NCBI RefSeq assembly: GCF_009914755.1
Contig: NC_060938.1
DNA: 64,000 nt
Reading direction: 5' to 3' (one strand)
Source: the human T2T-CHM13v2.0 reference genome, Homo sapiens
Every line of letters starts with the position of its first letter. The first letter of the stretch is position 1. The position numbers and the translations under genes are program-made. The notes below the pieces were generated by a model. It did no database searches and was not told the DNA's origin. It was given only the letters and a program-made list of their open reading frames with translations. Positions 12,413 through 27,759 of this stretch are shown here, piece after piece.

Positions 12413-14089
12413 AACAGAAAGCCTGAGTAGACCAATAACAACAACAACAAAAGAAACCGTAGCAGTAAACAGCTTGCAACAAAGAAAAGTCCAGAACCAG
12501 AAAGCTGCATGGCTGAATTCTGCCAAACATTTAAAGAACTAGAATCAATCCTTCTCAAACTCTTCCAAAGAACTGAAGAGGTGGGAATACTAACTCATTT
12601 TACAAGGCCATCATTACCATGATACCAAAGCCAGAAAAATACGCTACATGAAAAGAAAACTACAGGCCAATATTACTAATGAATAAAGGTACAAAAATCC
12701 TCAACAGAATACTAGCAAATTATTTTCAACTGTAAATTAAAAAGATCTTTCACCACAATTAAGTGGGATATATCCCTGGAATACAAGGATGGTTCAACTT
12801 ACCCAAATCAATAACTGTGATTCACTACATTAATGGAATAAAGGACAAAAACTATATGATCATCTCAATAGATATAGAAAAAGCATTTGACAAAATTCAA
12901 CATCCTATCATGAGAAAAATTCTCAACAAATTAGGTATAGAAGGAAAATTTCCTCACAGGCCATTTATGAAAAGCCCGCAGCTAACATCATAATCAATAG
13001 TGAATATTTGAAAATTTTTCTTCTAAGATTCAGTGCAAGACAAGGATGCCCATTCTCACCTCTTCTATTCAACATATAACCCATAGTCTGTGGGTTTTGG
13101 GGTACACACTGTGAAAAAGTACCTACCTGCAACCACTGCACATTGAGTTCTTGTTGTTTCAAAAAGTTCTAGGAAGAAGCTCAGCCCCAGAACAACAAAA
13201 AACAGTCAGATCCAGAGATGCCTGATTTGGAGATAAACTTTGGCAAATTCTCACCACCAAACATGCTAAAAACCCCACCCAGGGAGGAGTTTATTGTCCA
13301 TTTTTATACATGTGACATATGAAAAAGCATGATCAGCAACTGTGCCTGTGCTGCCGCTACTCCACCTCTAAATGCAATGACTCTGATAACCAGCCTCATG
13401 AAAGGCTCTTTTCACCTCTCTTCGGGGAGGCACTGCTTTGAGAACTATCCCCAACATTTTCTTTACTTGTTGCAAATAATAAAACCCCTTGTTAAATCCA
13501 CCTTGGTTGTGGTCATTAGACTGTCACCCAAGCGATCAAACAAACCCTGTCTTTGGCTGGTTGGTGCCCTGGGGGATTGAGAGACATATCCCTTGTGGTC
13601 ACTGGTAATCTAGATCTGGCTAACAAACAGTGAAATTAACTGTGAAGATAATTTTTTTTTTCCAAAAAGATGGGTTTAAGGTCTTTAGGTGTGTGTGGTG
13701 GGCGAGACATTTCCCAAAACCAGAAGGGACCCAAGTATGCCCAGAAACCCTCAACCTTGACAGGCTGGGAAAATTTTAACTTAGGAGAAGAGGCTCTTAC
13801 TACCTGGGTACATTCTGGGTATGTTTTCAGATATGTTTTTAAAAGAAGGGGCAGCTACTGTGCCCGATGCCTGGGTAGGTAGGCAGCACAGTTGGAGTTT
13901 GTGGGGAGCATGCAGGGCTGCATTAGGGCCCCACCAGCTTACCCTCGCACATCTGCTTATTTTTCTTTTACACATCAGAGAAGTAATGATCGCATATCAG
14001 TATAGCCAATACCTTTTTACTTAAACCCCTTGGGACCTATGATCAGCCCTGAATGAGGACCCAAAGGTATCAGGAACCCAACCTCTCTC

Positions 14090-14620
14090 CCGGAGAAAGG
14101 CCCATTAGGGTGCATTTGCTAACGCTGGAAGATCTTTGGGTATTCCCCAATGACTGAAAAGCAGATGATTTTCTTCTGCAATACAGCCTGGCTGTAGTGG
14201 GCCCTAGCAAGGAACCATGGTGGAATATCAGGTCATTTAATTACCATATCATTCTACAGCTAGATCTTTTCTGTAAGGGATAAGAGAAATGGGATGTGAT
14301 ACCCTATGTCCAGTGTTTTATGGCCCTGTACCAGAAAAGGACCCTATAGATATAGTGCAGGCTTTGCACTCTCTAGGTGGGACCACCCAGATCTCCCACT
14401 AAACTGCCAGAGAAAGTGCTCCCAATCCTAGAGAGCCCCCCAGATGAGGAGGACTTCCTCTGCTCCATAAACCTCAGGAAACAAGAGGACAGAGAGAGGA
14501 CGGCTGTCATCCCAACCACCTGGGCCTTCCCCACCTCTACAAGAGAAGTCACTTCCACAGCCAAAGTACCAGGGGCTTCCTATTCCCACTCCCAGCATCA
14601 ATCCTCCTCTCCCAGTTAGC
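14090..14620 (+). pseudogene. gag: Gag matrix and proline-rich remnant, with stops and a frameshift
   Basis: Hand translation PLGCIC*RWKIFGYSPMTEKQMIFFCNTAW...FNYHIILQLDLFCKG*EKWDVIPYVQCFMAL matches the HERV-W/H/F-type matrix motifs FFCNTAW and ILQLDLFC. Confidence 0.8.
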
Positions 14621-14839
14621 GTAACCCTGAGTGGGAACTCTCAGAAGCTAGGAGGCAGATGCTTCTCTTTTGACAGTTTCTGAATGGGAATGCACATTTC
14701 ATCTGAGTGCATGTGTCTTTTCTGCTCTCAACCATTAAGGCAACCGCAGTCTCCCAAACCCCACTGAGGTAAGCTTGACCTGTACAAGCCAAGAGACTGG
14801 GTATACATCAAGAACTGAAAGACTGGCCTCACCCTGGAC

Positions 14840-14955
14840 CAGCTCAGCCTGCATGGACAAGGCCTGGCCAAATGCTTCTAGGTATTCATTCTTCCCTTAA
14901 ACTCCAGAGGGTAACACCTTGGATTCATCACTCACGAGAGAAGAAAGCCCAGGAG
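14840..14955 (+). pseudogene. pol: Integrase C-terminal remnant (rest of pol deleted)
   Basis: QPAWTRPGQMLLGIHSSLKLQRVTPWIHHSREKKA matches the gammaretroviral IN C-terminal W.GP...WIHHSR motif. Confidence 0.7.
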
Positions 14956-15173
14956 CCCCTAGAGGACCCCTCCCCAGCACACACTTGTGAACCTGTCAGA
15001 GATATCAAATTGGTTTTCAGAAGAAAAGGCTCATATAACTAAAATGTGCCCTTGCCATTCTCTCAACATACTAGGCATCTTTCTCACCCTTGTAGGAACC
15101 CCTATGCTTATCGCCCTCTTTCACTCTGTTAGGTCCTCAATTGATAGTAAAGCCCTCCATATGACACCTTAAA

Positions 15174-16680
15174 ATGAACCCTGTCTTTTCCTTATGCTTC
15201 TTGGGCCTCTTAGTTCCCGTGGCCAGTGGTCTCTGGGAGGCCAGTGCAATAGTAAACTTCTCCCATGTTATAGCTGGTAGAGATAATCTGTCTGAATGTT
15301 GAATATGCCATGCGTATCCCCAGACTCAGATGGAGTGGCCTGTTGCTTACCCTTTGCAGGGGAACATTAACAACATGGTGGAAAGAAGGGGATCCAAAAT
15401 ACTGCCTGAACCTATCTCAGCATAAAGGGGCCCTTCCCTGTCTGTGGGTTGTGTGGACCTCACCCCTAAGGGCAATGTCACCATGAAAGTAGACCTCATT
15501 TATTTAAATTGTTCAGAAAAAAGAGAAAAGCACCAAATGCATTCAGAACAAGAAGGTAACGGAGGCAAGTCTGATGTCTACCCTCCTTGCCTTTGACCTC
15601 ACTAAACTTTGCATTCTAAACACCACCCATTGGTGTGCCCTCACAGACAGCTATGGGGACTCGATAGACCCTAACACCAAATGTCACAATCAATGTAAAA
15701 TTTGGTAAGAGATAAACAACCCCCTGCATATTGCAGACTATCATATAGCACTCCTCGAGCTGTGGGAAGAGCTCCATTGGAAAAATAAATCTTAACGGAG
15801 ATTTTACTTTTACTTAGCGGAGATTTGTGGAGAATCCTTATCTTCTCAGTGTTATGAGACTACTTCTCCCCTTTGGGGTCCCTAATTACTTGGTTGGTTA
15901 AACCGTTTCCTCCCCTCCACAACTTGCAGTGGATTACTCTGTTGTACATAATGTAATATACCTAGGACAGTGCACTGAGAGCCTACAGGGGCTCATCTGG
16001 ATAATAGTCCATAACGAAACCAACCACTATAATAGACCCAAAAGGACTATTGGACTAATCTTGTCAGACACCAGACTTGCTGTAGGGCTGGCTGCCCCTT
16101 GGGGGGTTTGCATGCCATGAGATCACCCTAAAAAAATTTCACCCTATCATCCAACACTTTGGCAGCTAACACAGGGAGGCTCTCGAAAATGTGCATATTT
16201 CTCCAAATTCACTAGACAGTGTAGGGTTGGACAATCAATTGGCCTTAGACTATTTACTAGCAGAACAGGGAGGGGTATATGCAGTCACCAGTACCTTCTG
16301 TTGCACCTGGGTAAGCACCTCTGGGAAAACAGAGGTTAACGTAAAAGAAATATTCAGATACACAGAATGGCTGCATTCCTTCAACCAGAAGGGTAGCTCA
16401 AGCAACAAGGTTTGCAAGACAGTCAAGTCCACTATACCTCACCTCACCTGGGTTCTTCCTCTGTTGGGGATACTAGTGACCACTGTTCCCCTGTTACTTT
16501 TTGGTCTTTGAATATTTAAAGTGATAGCAAACTTTGTGTCTTCCAGACTTCAACAGTTTCATCTCTAGCTTGTATTACAACAAAAATATCGGCCCCTTTG
16601 AACAACTCCAGGTGACCCCAAAACTTACTTGAACTCAGTAGCGCAAGAGTTTCACTCTTCTAACTTTAGGGGGACTCGAT
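15174..16680 (+). pseudogene. env: Disrupted gamma-type envelope, ERV-V-like
   Basis: Signal peptide MNPVFSLCFLGLLVPVASG, CWIC motif mutated to C*IC, furin site RPKR then TIGLIL...LAAPWG, immunosuppressive domain LDNQLALDYLLAEQGG, degraded CX6CC (YAVTSTFCC), and TM helix WVLPLLGILVTTVPLLLFG. Multiple stops and frameshifts. Confidence 0.85.
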
Positions 16681-17872
16681 GCCCCTGGTCTACATGAAGT
16701 AGTTACAGACCAATGACCTCCAGCTCTAAGAATGAGGAGTAGAATGTCTCAGAGGGGGATTTGTAACCCATAGTCCCTGGGTTTTCTGGTACACACTGTG
16801 GAAAAAGTGCCTACTTGCAACTGTTGCACCTTGAGGTCTTGTTTCAAAAAATTCCAGGAAGAAGCTCTGCCCCAGAAAACCAGTTGGATCCATACATGCC
16901 TGAATTGGGGATGAACTTTGGTGACCTCTCCTCATTAGTATACTAAAAACCTCACCCAGAGAGGTGTCTATTCACCATTTTCTACGCATAGATGTGGAAG
17001 CATGATCAGCAACTGCTCCTGTGCTGCCTTTACTCCACCTCTGTATGCAATGACTCAGCTAATCAGCCTAATAAAAGCCCTGTTTTCATCTTTCTTTGGA
17101 GAGTCACTGCTTTGGGAACTTCCCTAGTGGTCTCTGTACTTGTTAAAAGTAATAAAATCCCCTTGTTAAACCTTTCTTGGTTGTGGTCATTAGACTGTCA
17201 CCTGCCAAGCAATCAAACCCACCCGTTGTGCGGGTATCAAATATAGTACTGAAAGTACTAGCAAGAGCGATCAGACGGTAAAAAGAAACAAAGGGTATTC
17301 AAATCGGAAAATAAGTAAAATTATCCCTATTTGCAGAAGACATGATCCTATACGTAGAAAACCCTAAAGACAGCACCAAAACCTTAAGAATGAATTAATG
17401 AGTTCAGTCAAGTTGCAGGATGAAAAATCAACATACAAAAATCAGTTGCATGTCTTTACGTCAATAAAGACTTATGCAAAAAATAAGTCAAGAAAACAAT
17501 CCCATTTATGACAGCATTAGAAATAATAAACTACTTAGGAATACATTTCATCAAGGAGTTGAAGAATCTTTACACTGAAAACTGTAAAACATTGATGAAA
17601 GAAATTGGAGAAGACACAAATATGTGGGAAGATACTCCATGCCCATGGATTCGGAAAACTAATATTGTTAAAATGTCCATACTATCTAAAGTGGTATACA
17701 GATTCAGTGCAATCTCTATAAAAATTCCAATGGCATTTTTCACTTAAACAAACAAACAAAAAAACTCTAAAATTTGCAGGGAACCACAAAAGACTTCAAG
17801 TAGCCAAAGCAATATTGATAAAGAAAAACAAAGTTGAAGACATCATATGTCCTAATTTTAAATTATATTACT

Positions 17873-18310
<438 letters not shown>

Positions 18311-18434
18311 TCAACAAGGGCACCAATAATGCACAATGAGGAATGGATAGTTTCTCCAGTGCTGTTGGGAAAACTGGATATCCACAGGCAAAAGAATGAA
18401 TTTAAGAACTTTATCTTTCACCATACATAAAAAA

Positions 18435-18582
18435 AGCTACTCTGGAGGCTGAGGCAGGAAGAATCACTTGAACCTGAGAGGTGGAGGTTGCAGTGAGCCA
18501 AGATTGCGCCACTGCACTCCAGCCTGGGCTGCAGAGCAAGACTGTCTCAAAAAAAAAAAAAAAAAAAGAAAAGAAAAAAAAA
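18435..18582 (+). mobile_element. 5'-truncated Alu right-arm fragment with poly-A tail
   Basis: agctactctggaggctgaggcagg...ctgcactccagcctggg...poly-A. No TSD seen. Confidence 0.9.
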
Positions 18583-18749
18583 CATGATGAAAGAAAAGTC
18601 TCTTTATACCATCCTTAGCAATGGTTTTTTGGGTATCACACCAAAAGTTCATGCAACAAAAGCAAAAATAAACATGTAGGGATATATCAAACTAAAAGGC
18701 TTCTGCACATCAAAAGAGACAACAAAATGAAAACTCAACTTATAGATTA

Positions 18750-19325
<576 letters not shown>

Positions 19326-19983
19326 TCACTTTACATCTGTCAGGAATATTATCAAAAGACAAGAGATAACAAGTATTGACAAGGGTATCGAGAAAAGGAA
19401 ACCTTTGTATACTGTTGGTGGGAATGAAAATTAGTATATTCATTATGGAAAACAGTATGGAGGTTTTTCAAAACTTTAAAAACAGGGTTTTCATTTGACC
19501 CAGCAATCCCTCTGTAGATATATACCCAAAGGAAATGAAATCAGCACCTTGTAGAGATATCTGTGCTGCCATGTTCATTGCAGCATTACTCACAACAGCA
19601 CAGAAATGAAAACAACTTAAGTGTCAGGTGGATGAACCTGAAAGACATGAGACTAAGTAAAATAAATCAGATACAGAAAGGAAAAGGTTGAATGCATAAA
19701 AACAGAGTAACAAGTAGTTACCAGGGATGATGGGGGAAATGGGAAGATGTAGGTCAAAGGGTGCAAAGTTGTAGTTATGTGGGACTAATAAGTCTAGAGA
19801 TCTAATGTACAACATAAAATCTATAGTCAATCATTGCATAATAAAAATTTGCTAGGAGAGTAGATTATAGGTGCTCTTGCCACACCAAAAAATTGTATAA
19901 TAACTATGTGAATGAATATGTTAATTTGCTTGCCAGTAGTAATCATTTCACTATGTATATGTATTTCAAAATGTCATGTTGTA

Positions 19984-20025
<42 letters not shown>
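19984..20025. repeat. (CT)n(AT)n compound microsatellite at the L1MA 3' end
   Basis: Read directly from the sequence. Confidence 0.9.
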
Positions 20026-20054
20026 GGCAGTAGTAATTACAACACACAAAAAAA

Positions 20055-20270
20055 ACATCAGAGTGCTTGTGTGCGCAGAGGTACAACCATGTGAAGAGTC
20101 ATCAGGAGGGTGACCATCTGCAAGCGAAGGAGAGAGGCCTCAGAAGAAAGCAACCCTGCCAGCACCTTGATCTTGGACTTCCAGCTCCAGAATGGTGAGA
20201 AAATAAATTTCTGATGTTGAAGCCATCCAGTCTGTGGTATTTTGTCGTGGCAGCTCCAGCAAACTACTAT
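20055..20270 (+). mobile_element. MaLR LTR (MLT1A/B-type), 3' part
   Basis: ccatctgcaagcgaaggagagaggcctcagaagaaa...caccttgatcttggacttccag...gagaaaataaatttctg...cagtctgtggtattttgt continues the MLT1 begun at 12244. Confidence 0.9.
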
Positions 20271-22004
20271 ACCATGCCTAAATGCAGAGAAAACTTTAGG
20301 GTTATTTAAAACTCTTAGTGCTGTCTCTGATTTCTGGTTGTTTTTTTTAAAGTATGTTGCTTTCACCCCCAAATAACTAACTCTGCTTCTCCCCTATGCC
20401 TTCAGATTTAAAGCATGATTATTATCCAGTGCCTTCTAATGGGCTTCAGAATGTGGGTTTCCTTACCCTTAAAAATAAGAGATTGGACCAGATGAGTTCT
20501 TGGACTGCTTACATAGGATTCCATTCTTGAATCCTTTGGGTTTGAACTGAGGACTCAGTTGTTTGGTTGATCATTGATCTGCATACCTGGGCAGTTTATG
20601 AGAAAGTTTTCACCAGAATATAGGAAAATTAGAATCATATAAGGATATCAGAGTATGATTTTCAAAAAGCTGGAATTACCTAATTCGAAGCACTCTTCTT
20701 CATTCTGTGTTACTATCCTTCACTTTTATTTTGATTTTCTGGTGGTAAAATATGTCCTTCCTTTAAATGGAAATGATAGTGGGTTTTGTTTTAACATTAT
20801 ACTTTGCAAAATAGAAAGTTTGTAACCTCCAATGAGACAGCATACATCTATTTGCATATATATCACTCTTCCATTTGATTTAGGAGTCCTGAATCTTGAA
20901 CTAGAAGCCTGGCTTGGCCTTCTATCCCAAGTGGCCTTGGATTTCATTCTTTCTCACTCAAATGAATTTGCATTACTGATTGAATCTCATAAAGGGAATA
21001 TAGACATCTTCATGGATTTTGAAGTACCTTCATTTTCCCTTTGTTTCAAAGAAGACTCCTCTCCACATACATATTAAAATGAAGTTATAAATACTCAGAC
21101 TCTAAAAATAATAAAAATCAAATAATTTTGAAGGTATTGAGTGTGTATATCTACAGTAACACATCAATTTACTCAATTTTCAATTAATTGGGTTATCATT
21201 TATATAATGTTTATTGGCTTTAAAATGCATGGATTTGCTATAAGTATTCTGCCAAATAAATGGAAATTTGAGGTATTGATATTTTTAATGTGCTTAATAT
21301 TATCCAGCTATTTGCTGCGTTGGTTGCATTTACTTTTCTTTCTTTTGTGCCTTATATATATTTTCACCACATTGCATTTTTTTCTAAAAAGATTACTCTG
21401 AATATATAAGATTATAAAGTTATTAGGTAAAAACTAAAAGTCATCAGTTTCTATGTTTTCCCAATCATTTTGAAGAAATATTTCATCATATTTAACACAA
21501 CATTTCAAATTTGGCTATGTTTTTATCAGTCTGATATTTTGCTTGCTATTACTACACTCAAGATGGAAGCTTTCTCACCAGTTTTGACAATAGGTATTAT
21601 TTTATTGTACTTATCCTGAATTACTTCAAAACAAATGCATCAAAAACTACCATATTAGTGTATTGAACACTGTCAGTAAAATCTCATTCCGTAGGAGCAC
21701 TTAGAACTAGAAATGCTTGATAGTTTTTGTTTTGAATTGAATATATGCATCCTTGATGCAAAAGCAATTAGTAAAGCTTTTGAAAATAGTCAATAATTTG
21801 GTCATACTAACACAATTTTCTATCCTTGCAAAAGCAGCCTCTTTTCTTTCCCTTATGAATAGCTGAAGATATTAATGTCTCTGTTTATCATCTTGGTAAT
21901 GATATAAATATCTAGTGAGGATGTCTTCCTTCACTTTTATAATCCTTATTTTAATATATTTTATACATACTATTAGACTTCCTAACTTATTAAGAAATGC
22001 TTGA

Positions 22005-22355
<351 letters not shown>

Positions 22356-22488
22356 TGTATCAAATTTATATACACACCAAATACTGACACAAATTTCAAA
22401 CAGCTTCTGCTCATTGAATTATAATAAAAAGTCACACAGCATGGTAAATGGATTGGTAATCATTTACTTTCTTTTATAAACAAGGGCT

Positions 22489-22625
22489 AGAAGAAGAAAG
22501 AGACAAAGAGGGAAAGGAAGGAACCGGAGGAAGAGAAAGCAAATAAGGAAGGGAAGAGAAGGCAGGAAGAAGGAAGGGAAGGAGAGAGAAATGAGGAGAG
22601 AGAAAGAGAGAAAGAGAAAGCCAAA
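22489..22625. repeat. GA-rich polypurine low-complexity tract
   Basis: Almost exclusively A/G on the + strand (aagg and gaga units). Confidence 0.8.
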
Positions 22626-23039
22626 ATAGATGAGTGCAAAGAGTATTTCTAGATAGCATCTAATTTACTGTAGAATGTATGTATTTAAATACATATTGCA
22701 TGTCTAACATGTATGCTTTTACTTTGCATTTTAAAAAATTTGAACTATATACCTTAAAGTGTTCATAAATGTATAGATAGTAACTGTCTAAATAAAAATG
22801 AGCTTATTAAAAGTTATGTGTTAAAGGACAAAAATAAAAGAGGACCTACACCAAATTACATGATTATAGATGAACCACAGATAGAATCTGGACAGTCTCA
22901 AGTGTGGCTTCACCATCTTTATTTCAGGTAATCATTTCAGTGATTTCCTCTGAGTTTATTGTTTCTACTTTTAATAATATCTATGAGTCATATCTAAAGA
23001 GTAAGTATACATGTAATGACACAATACTGAATATGCTAA

Positions 23040-23360
<321 letters not shown>

Positions 23361-24714
23361 CCAGAATTAAATTAAATGATAGAGCACAGCTCTCCTGTTG
23401 AATGATAACCAAATAAGCACCAAATAAAGTCTTTTCTTTAAAGCAAATGCAGATATACTCACTTTGTTTTGTTGGTGTTATTTTAAATAAAAATGGTATA
23501 TGTTTAAACAACAAACTAAAAAACAAAAGCAAATACAGATAGTTAAAAGTGAGTGATGCTAATCTGCATTGTACAGATTTCCACTGAGGGAATTTGTCCT
23601 CCAGGAGTATGTCCTCTTGATATTTTAAGTTGAAGCTTAGAGTTCATTTTCCCCCATAAACAACATGAGGAGAGTTGCCTAGTAGAGCCAAAATGGAATT
23701 ATTAGTAGTTTATAGGTAAAATAGAATTTCATGGTCTCATCTAAATTTGAATTACCCAATATAACATTGCCTTCATGATATAGTATGTATGAATTCCAAG
23801 AAACAATTTAAGTCAATTTGAAGAAAACCCAACTGTACAAAATAAAGTTCCTTTGGGGAAATTTGTAGTTTGTTTTCTACACCCTTCAGTGGGATTGGGG
23901 AACTAAACAGTTGCCCAAGCGTATTATCATATAAATCAAATAATACTTTCATCTCCATCCGCCTCTCAATAGTATATTATTTCTGAAAGACTTAAGATGG
24001 GGTTCGTTTTTCTTCCCCTTCTGGATTAGAAGGAAGACATGCCTTTCTGAGCACAGCTGGAAAATGTGCATCTTGGGGGCCCACCCCTGCCTTTCCCTTC
24101 TGTTAAGGTTCTCCCGTGGAAGCTGAAGCTTGCAGTATGCACAGCTGCTAAGGCGGAGATAACTCTTCCCACAATAAATGAAGGGAGCTCTTCACTGCAT
24201 GGAACACAAAGAGTTCATTGTACTGGGATGGGCAGAATTACTGCAGCTATGCTGCTGGCAGCGCAACCCATTGCCATTCGTAAGCTACTCAGTGGCCACG
24301 AGCAGTACTGGTAGACAGAAACCTAGGAAAGGCCTAGACAGCTCAGAAACATTGCACGACATTTCTCAAACTGATAAGGAAATAATATTCTCATTTTATT
24401 CTCCTTTTTTTCCCCACATTAAGCAGTATGAGGCATTCAGGTGTTCTAGATAGTAAATGGTAACTAATTCTGTTTCCAAGTAAAGGTGTGGCCAACATAT
24501 TTAGAGAGGAAATCCAGAAGGAAGGACATTAATAGGCAGTCTTAGCCTTCTCTTTCTTGCATAACATACTGCTTCATTGGACCATTTAAATAATTTTTCC
24601 TCCTCCTTCTGTTTACAAATATTTATAGCTATAGTATGGCAACATGTCCTCATTTAATGCCATGCCAAGGCATATTCATTCTTTTAATATTTCCTCATAC
24701 ATCAATACTTCTAA

Positions 24715-24805
24715 CTCTTTCGTCATTTTTGTGGCTTTTCTCGGAAGCTCTTTTAATTTATCTAAATCTTTTTTAGAGCTAAGGTGCCAAGAACTCAATC
24801 ACAAA
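24715..24805 (-). mobile_element. Possible L3/CR1 LINE fragment
   Basis: ttctcggaagctcttttaatttatctaaatcttttttagagctaaggtgccaagaactcaatcaca resembles antisense CR1 (ggtgcccagaactgaacaca). Confidence 0.35.
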
Positions 24806-26782
24806 GACAATCTCAATAACCATGTATGAAGGAAAAAGAAAAGGCGGAAAATCCTAGCTCCAAAGCACTTTTATAGGTCATACTTCCAGTAACTGCAGTT
24901 CTGACTACAAGGTCTATTCTTCCCACAGGGCAAGAAAAATTCAAGCGTTCTTTCACATAGCTCAAACTTCCCCAGATGGAGGGCTTTGGACTTTTGTTGT
25001 TGGAGGGAGGTCAGGAAGGCTATTGGAAGAGTGCTGAATTAGAAAGTCCCAAATACCAATCCCCTTTTACATAATAGTGTCTTTTCTGCAGAAAGAGTAG
25101 GAAGAATTTTAAAATGTAAATCCCCTAAGGACATCTGGCTCTGATGTATTAGTCTGAAAAAAAAAAATACAAGGAAAAGGGGGCTGTTCTAGAATTTCCT
25201 TAGAGAGTTGATTATTCTTTCTAGTCCTTTCGGGATGAGCCAGGGTGAACTAGGCCTCTTTTCCATGATCTCTATTAGCAAGAGCCAAAATAAAAGCCAA
25301 ATGAGGATGCCTACCTGATTATTTTCTTCGCCCTTCACCTGGCTACTTTTACCAGGAGGTTATAGTTCAGTAAGTGCTCTACTAATCACTCAATAAAAGG
25401 GACAATATAACATATTCGTCTGTTACAAAAAATATGTACTATATTTTTAAAGTATATAATACTAAATTTTGTCTTCTGGCTCTTTATTATAAATCAGTAC
25501 AGATTGAGTACAGTTTTTATTATTGTTATTATTATTTGCCTTTTTCAAGTGAATTTATTATTTCTTTAGAAGCACTTAAAATATTACATGAACTTCAAGT
25601 CACGTAACAGTACTTATCTCCAAGCAGATTTAAATACCTTAAAGATTATGTTTGATACTATGTTTTACTAAAAGTTAGATATAATGAAATTACTTTTAGT
25701 TTGACTTTGGCCTACTAGTTTTGCATACAACAAAAAAATAGAATTTGTATGTGAAAATAAAAAGTAATGAGCAGAAACCTTAATCTACATTGTTAGAACT
25801 AATAATGTGTTCCATAGACTAATCATCTGTCATCAAGTAAAAGACTGACAGTAGTGAATAAAATCTGAGTTCATTAGCCAACCACTGTTAACTTTGGCAG
25901 AGTAATGCAAATATAACTGAGCTATCTTAATTATTCTTTATTTTATGATAAACAGTTAAAATATACTGGGATTAAGTAATCCATTAACTCTTATGAGTAA
26001 TTTCACAGGAAGTTGTATTCTTTGTCTTTGCAAGAGCAATCATCCATCTTGTTTCAGGGTATGATAAGTTTTTGGAATTTTCTAAACAATTTAAATCTTT
26101 CCTATAGATTGCTATCCCTAAAAATATTTGTCTCTGGCTGTACCAAAAAAGAGTATGAAACCAATTAAGAGTTCATGTAACCAAAATGCTCAAAAAAGAC
26201 TAACGTACAACAAACCCTTCAATAGCATCCAGGAAATATCTTTAAAGTCATAATTTGTTTCTATTTTCCTATAAAGTAATAATAAATTTGATGTCACAAC
26301 GACCAAAAATACTGTTTCGCAGGTAACCAAATGCCAATTTTCTAATTTTGAGTAACACTATCACAAAATAAAACTATAGAATGATAGGCCATAAACTACC
26401 AGAGGTTTCCATGGGCAAGCCATTCTAAAAACTGTACTATTCTTTTTCTTCCACAATTTGCCAAAATCAAAACAAATCTCATCTACACAAGAGCAACAAT
26501 TACCAACATACGTTTCTTGACCTCCTACCTCCCTTCTGAAATTCAGTTTTCTCTGCTTTCGTTAATTTCCTTACTTGGCTAATATCTCTTTTGCCTTTCT
26601 CCAAACCTTACTTCAGGTGACTCTAAATAAGATTATCTATTACTAAAGCGATGTTCTTTGTATCTATCTGGGTAAGTAAAAATGTATTTTTCCAAAGGCA
26701 AAGTGTTCTTGAAGTATAGATTTTATTATTTTTCCCTAAAAATATCAAAGTAAAGTACCCTATGTTAGCCACACACTTTCTA

Positions 26783-27177
<395 letters not shown>

Positions 27178-27759
27178 CTAACTTTAACAAAATATATTTA
27201 CAAATTAAATATTTCTACTACCATCTAGATTAGAGAATAGAATTGAATAATCATACAGTGTAATAAAATTGGATCACTTTGCCTATAGTTGAAAGCAAGA
27301 GAGAATTAAAATTCTGCATTAGTCTTGTGCTTGCAAGGTTATGTTTTGCGGGGGCAAGAACATGAAATACTGCTAGTCGATGGCAATTTTATGTCACTTG
27401 TTATTAGGATGTAAGATATATAACTCCATTTATTGTATCTAATTTTCATAAATAGTATCTAAATGACACCATCTGTTCTAAAGAATACTATCACATTTTA
27501 TATTTATTCAGGTTTTACGTTGTCATTAGTGTAAAACTTTGAGTTCAGAATGAAAGAGTTTTACTAGAAAGCGCATAATTAGAGAGTTCATATAATAATA
27601 ACATATGCTCGGAGAAAAGTCATGTTAACTTGCTTTCTGACTTTAAAAAATTTAACCTAAATTTATACCTTAAAAAATCAGCAAGTGACTTCCACCATTT
27701 TTTATGCCATACATGCACTCCTAAACACATTGCATGAATTTTAAATACTTATTACTTCT

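Larger units (their letters stand above)
13075..17239 (+). mobile_element. Internally deleted gamma-like (ERV1) provirus with two LTRs; env is EnvV/MER66-like
   Basis: Homologous LTRs of about 480 bp at 13075-~13550 and 16762-17239, polypurine tract agagggggat at 16751-16760, 4-bp TSD aaca/aata splitting the L1 sequence ttc-aaca-tagtact, and gag, IN and env remnants inside. Confidence 0.9.

Noticed and set aside
16191-16511. 106-aa env TM ORF as a functional syncytin-like gene
   Set aside because: It is a fragment with a non-ATG start and no signal peptide, a mutated CX6CC, an early stop and upstream frameshifts.
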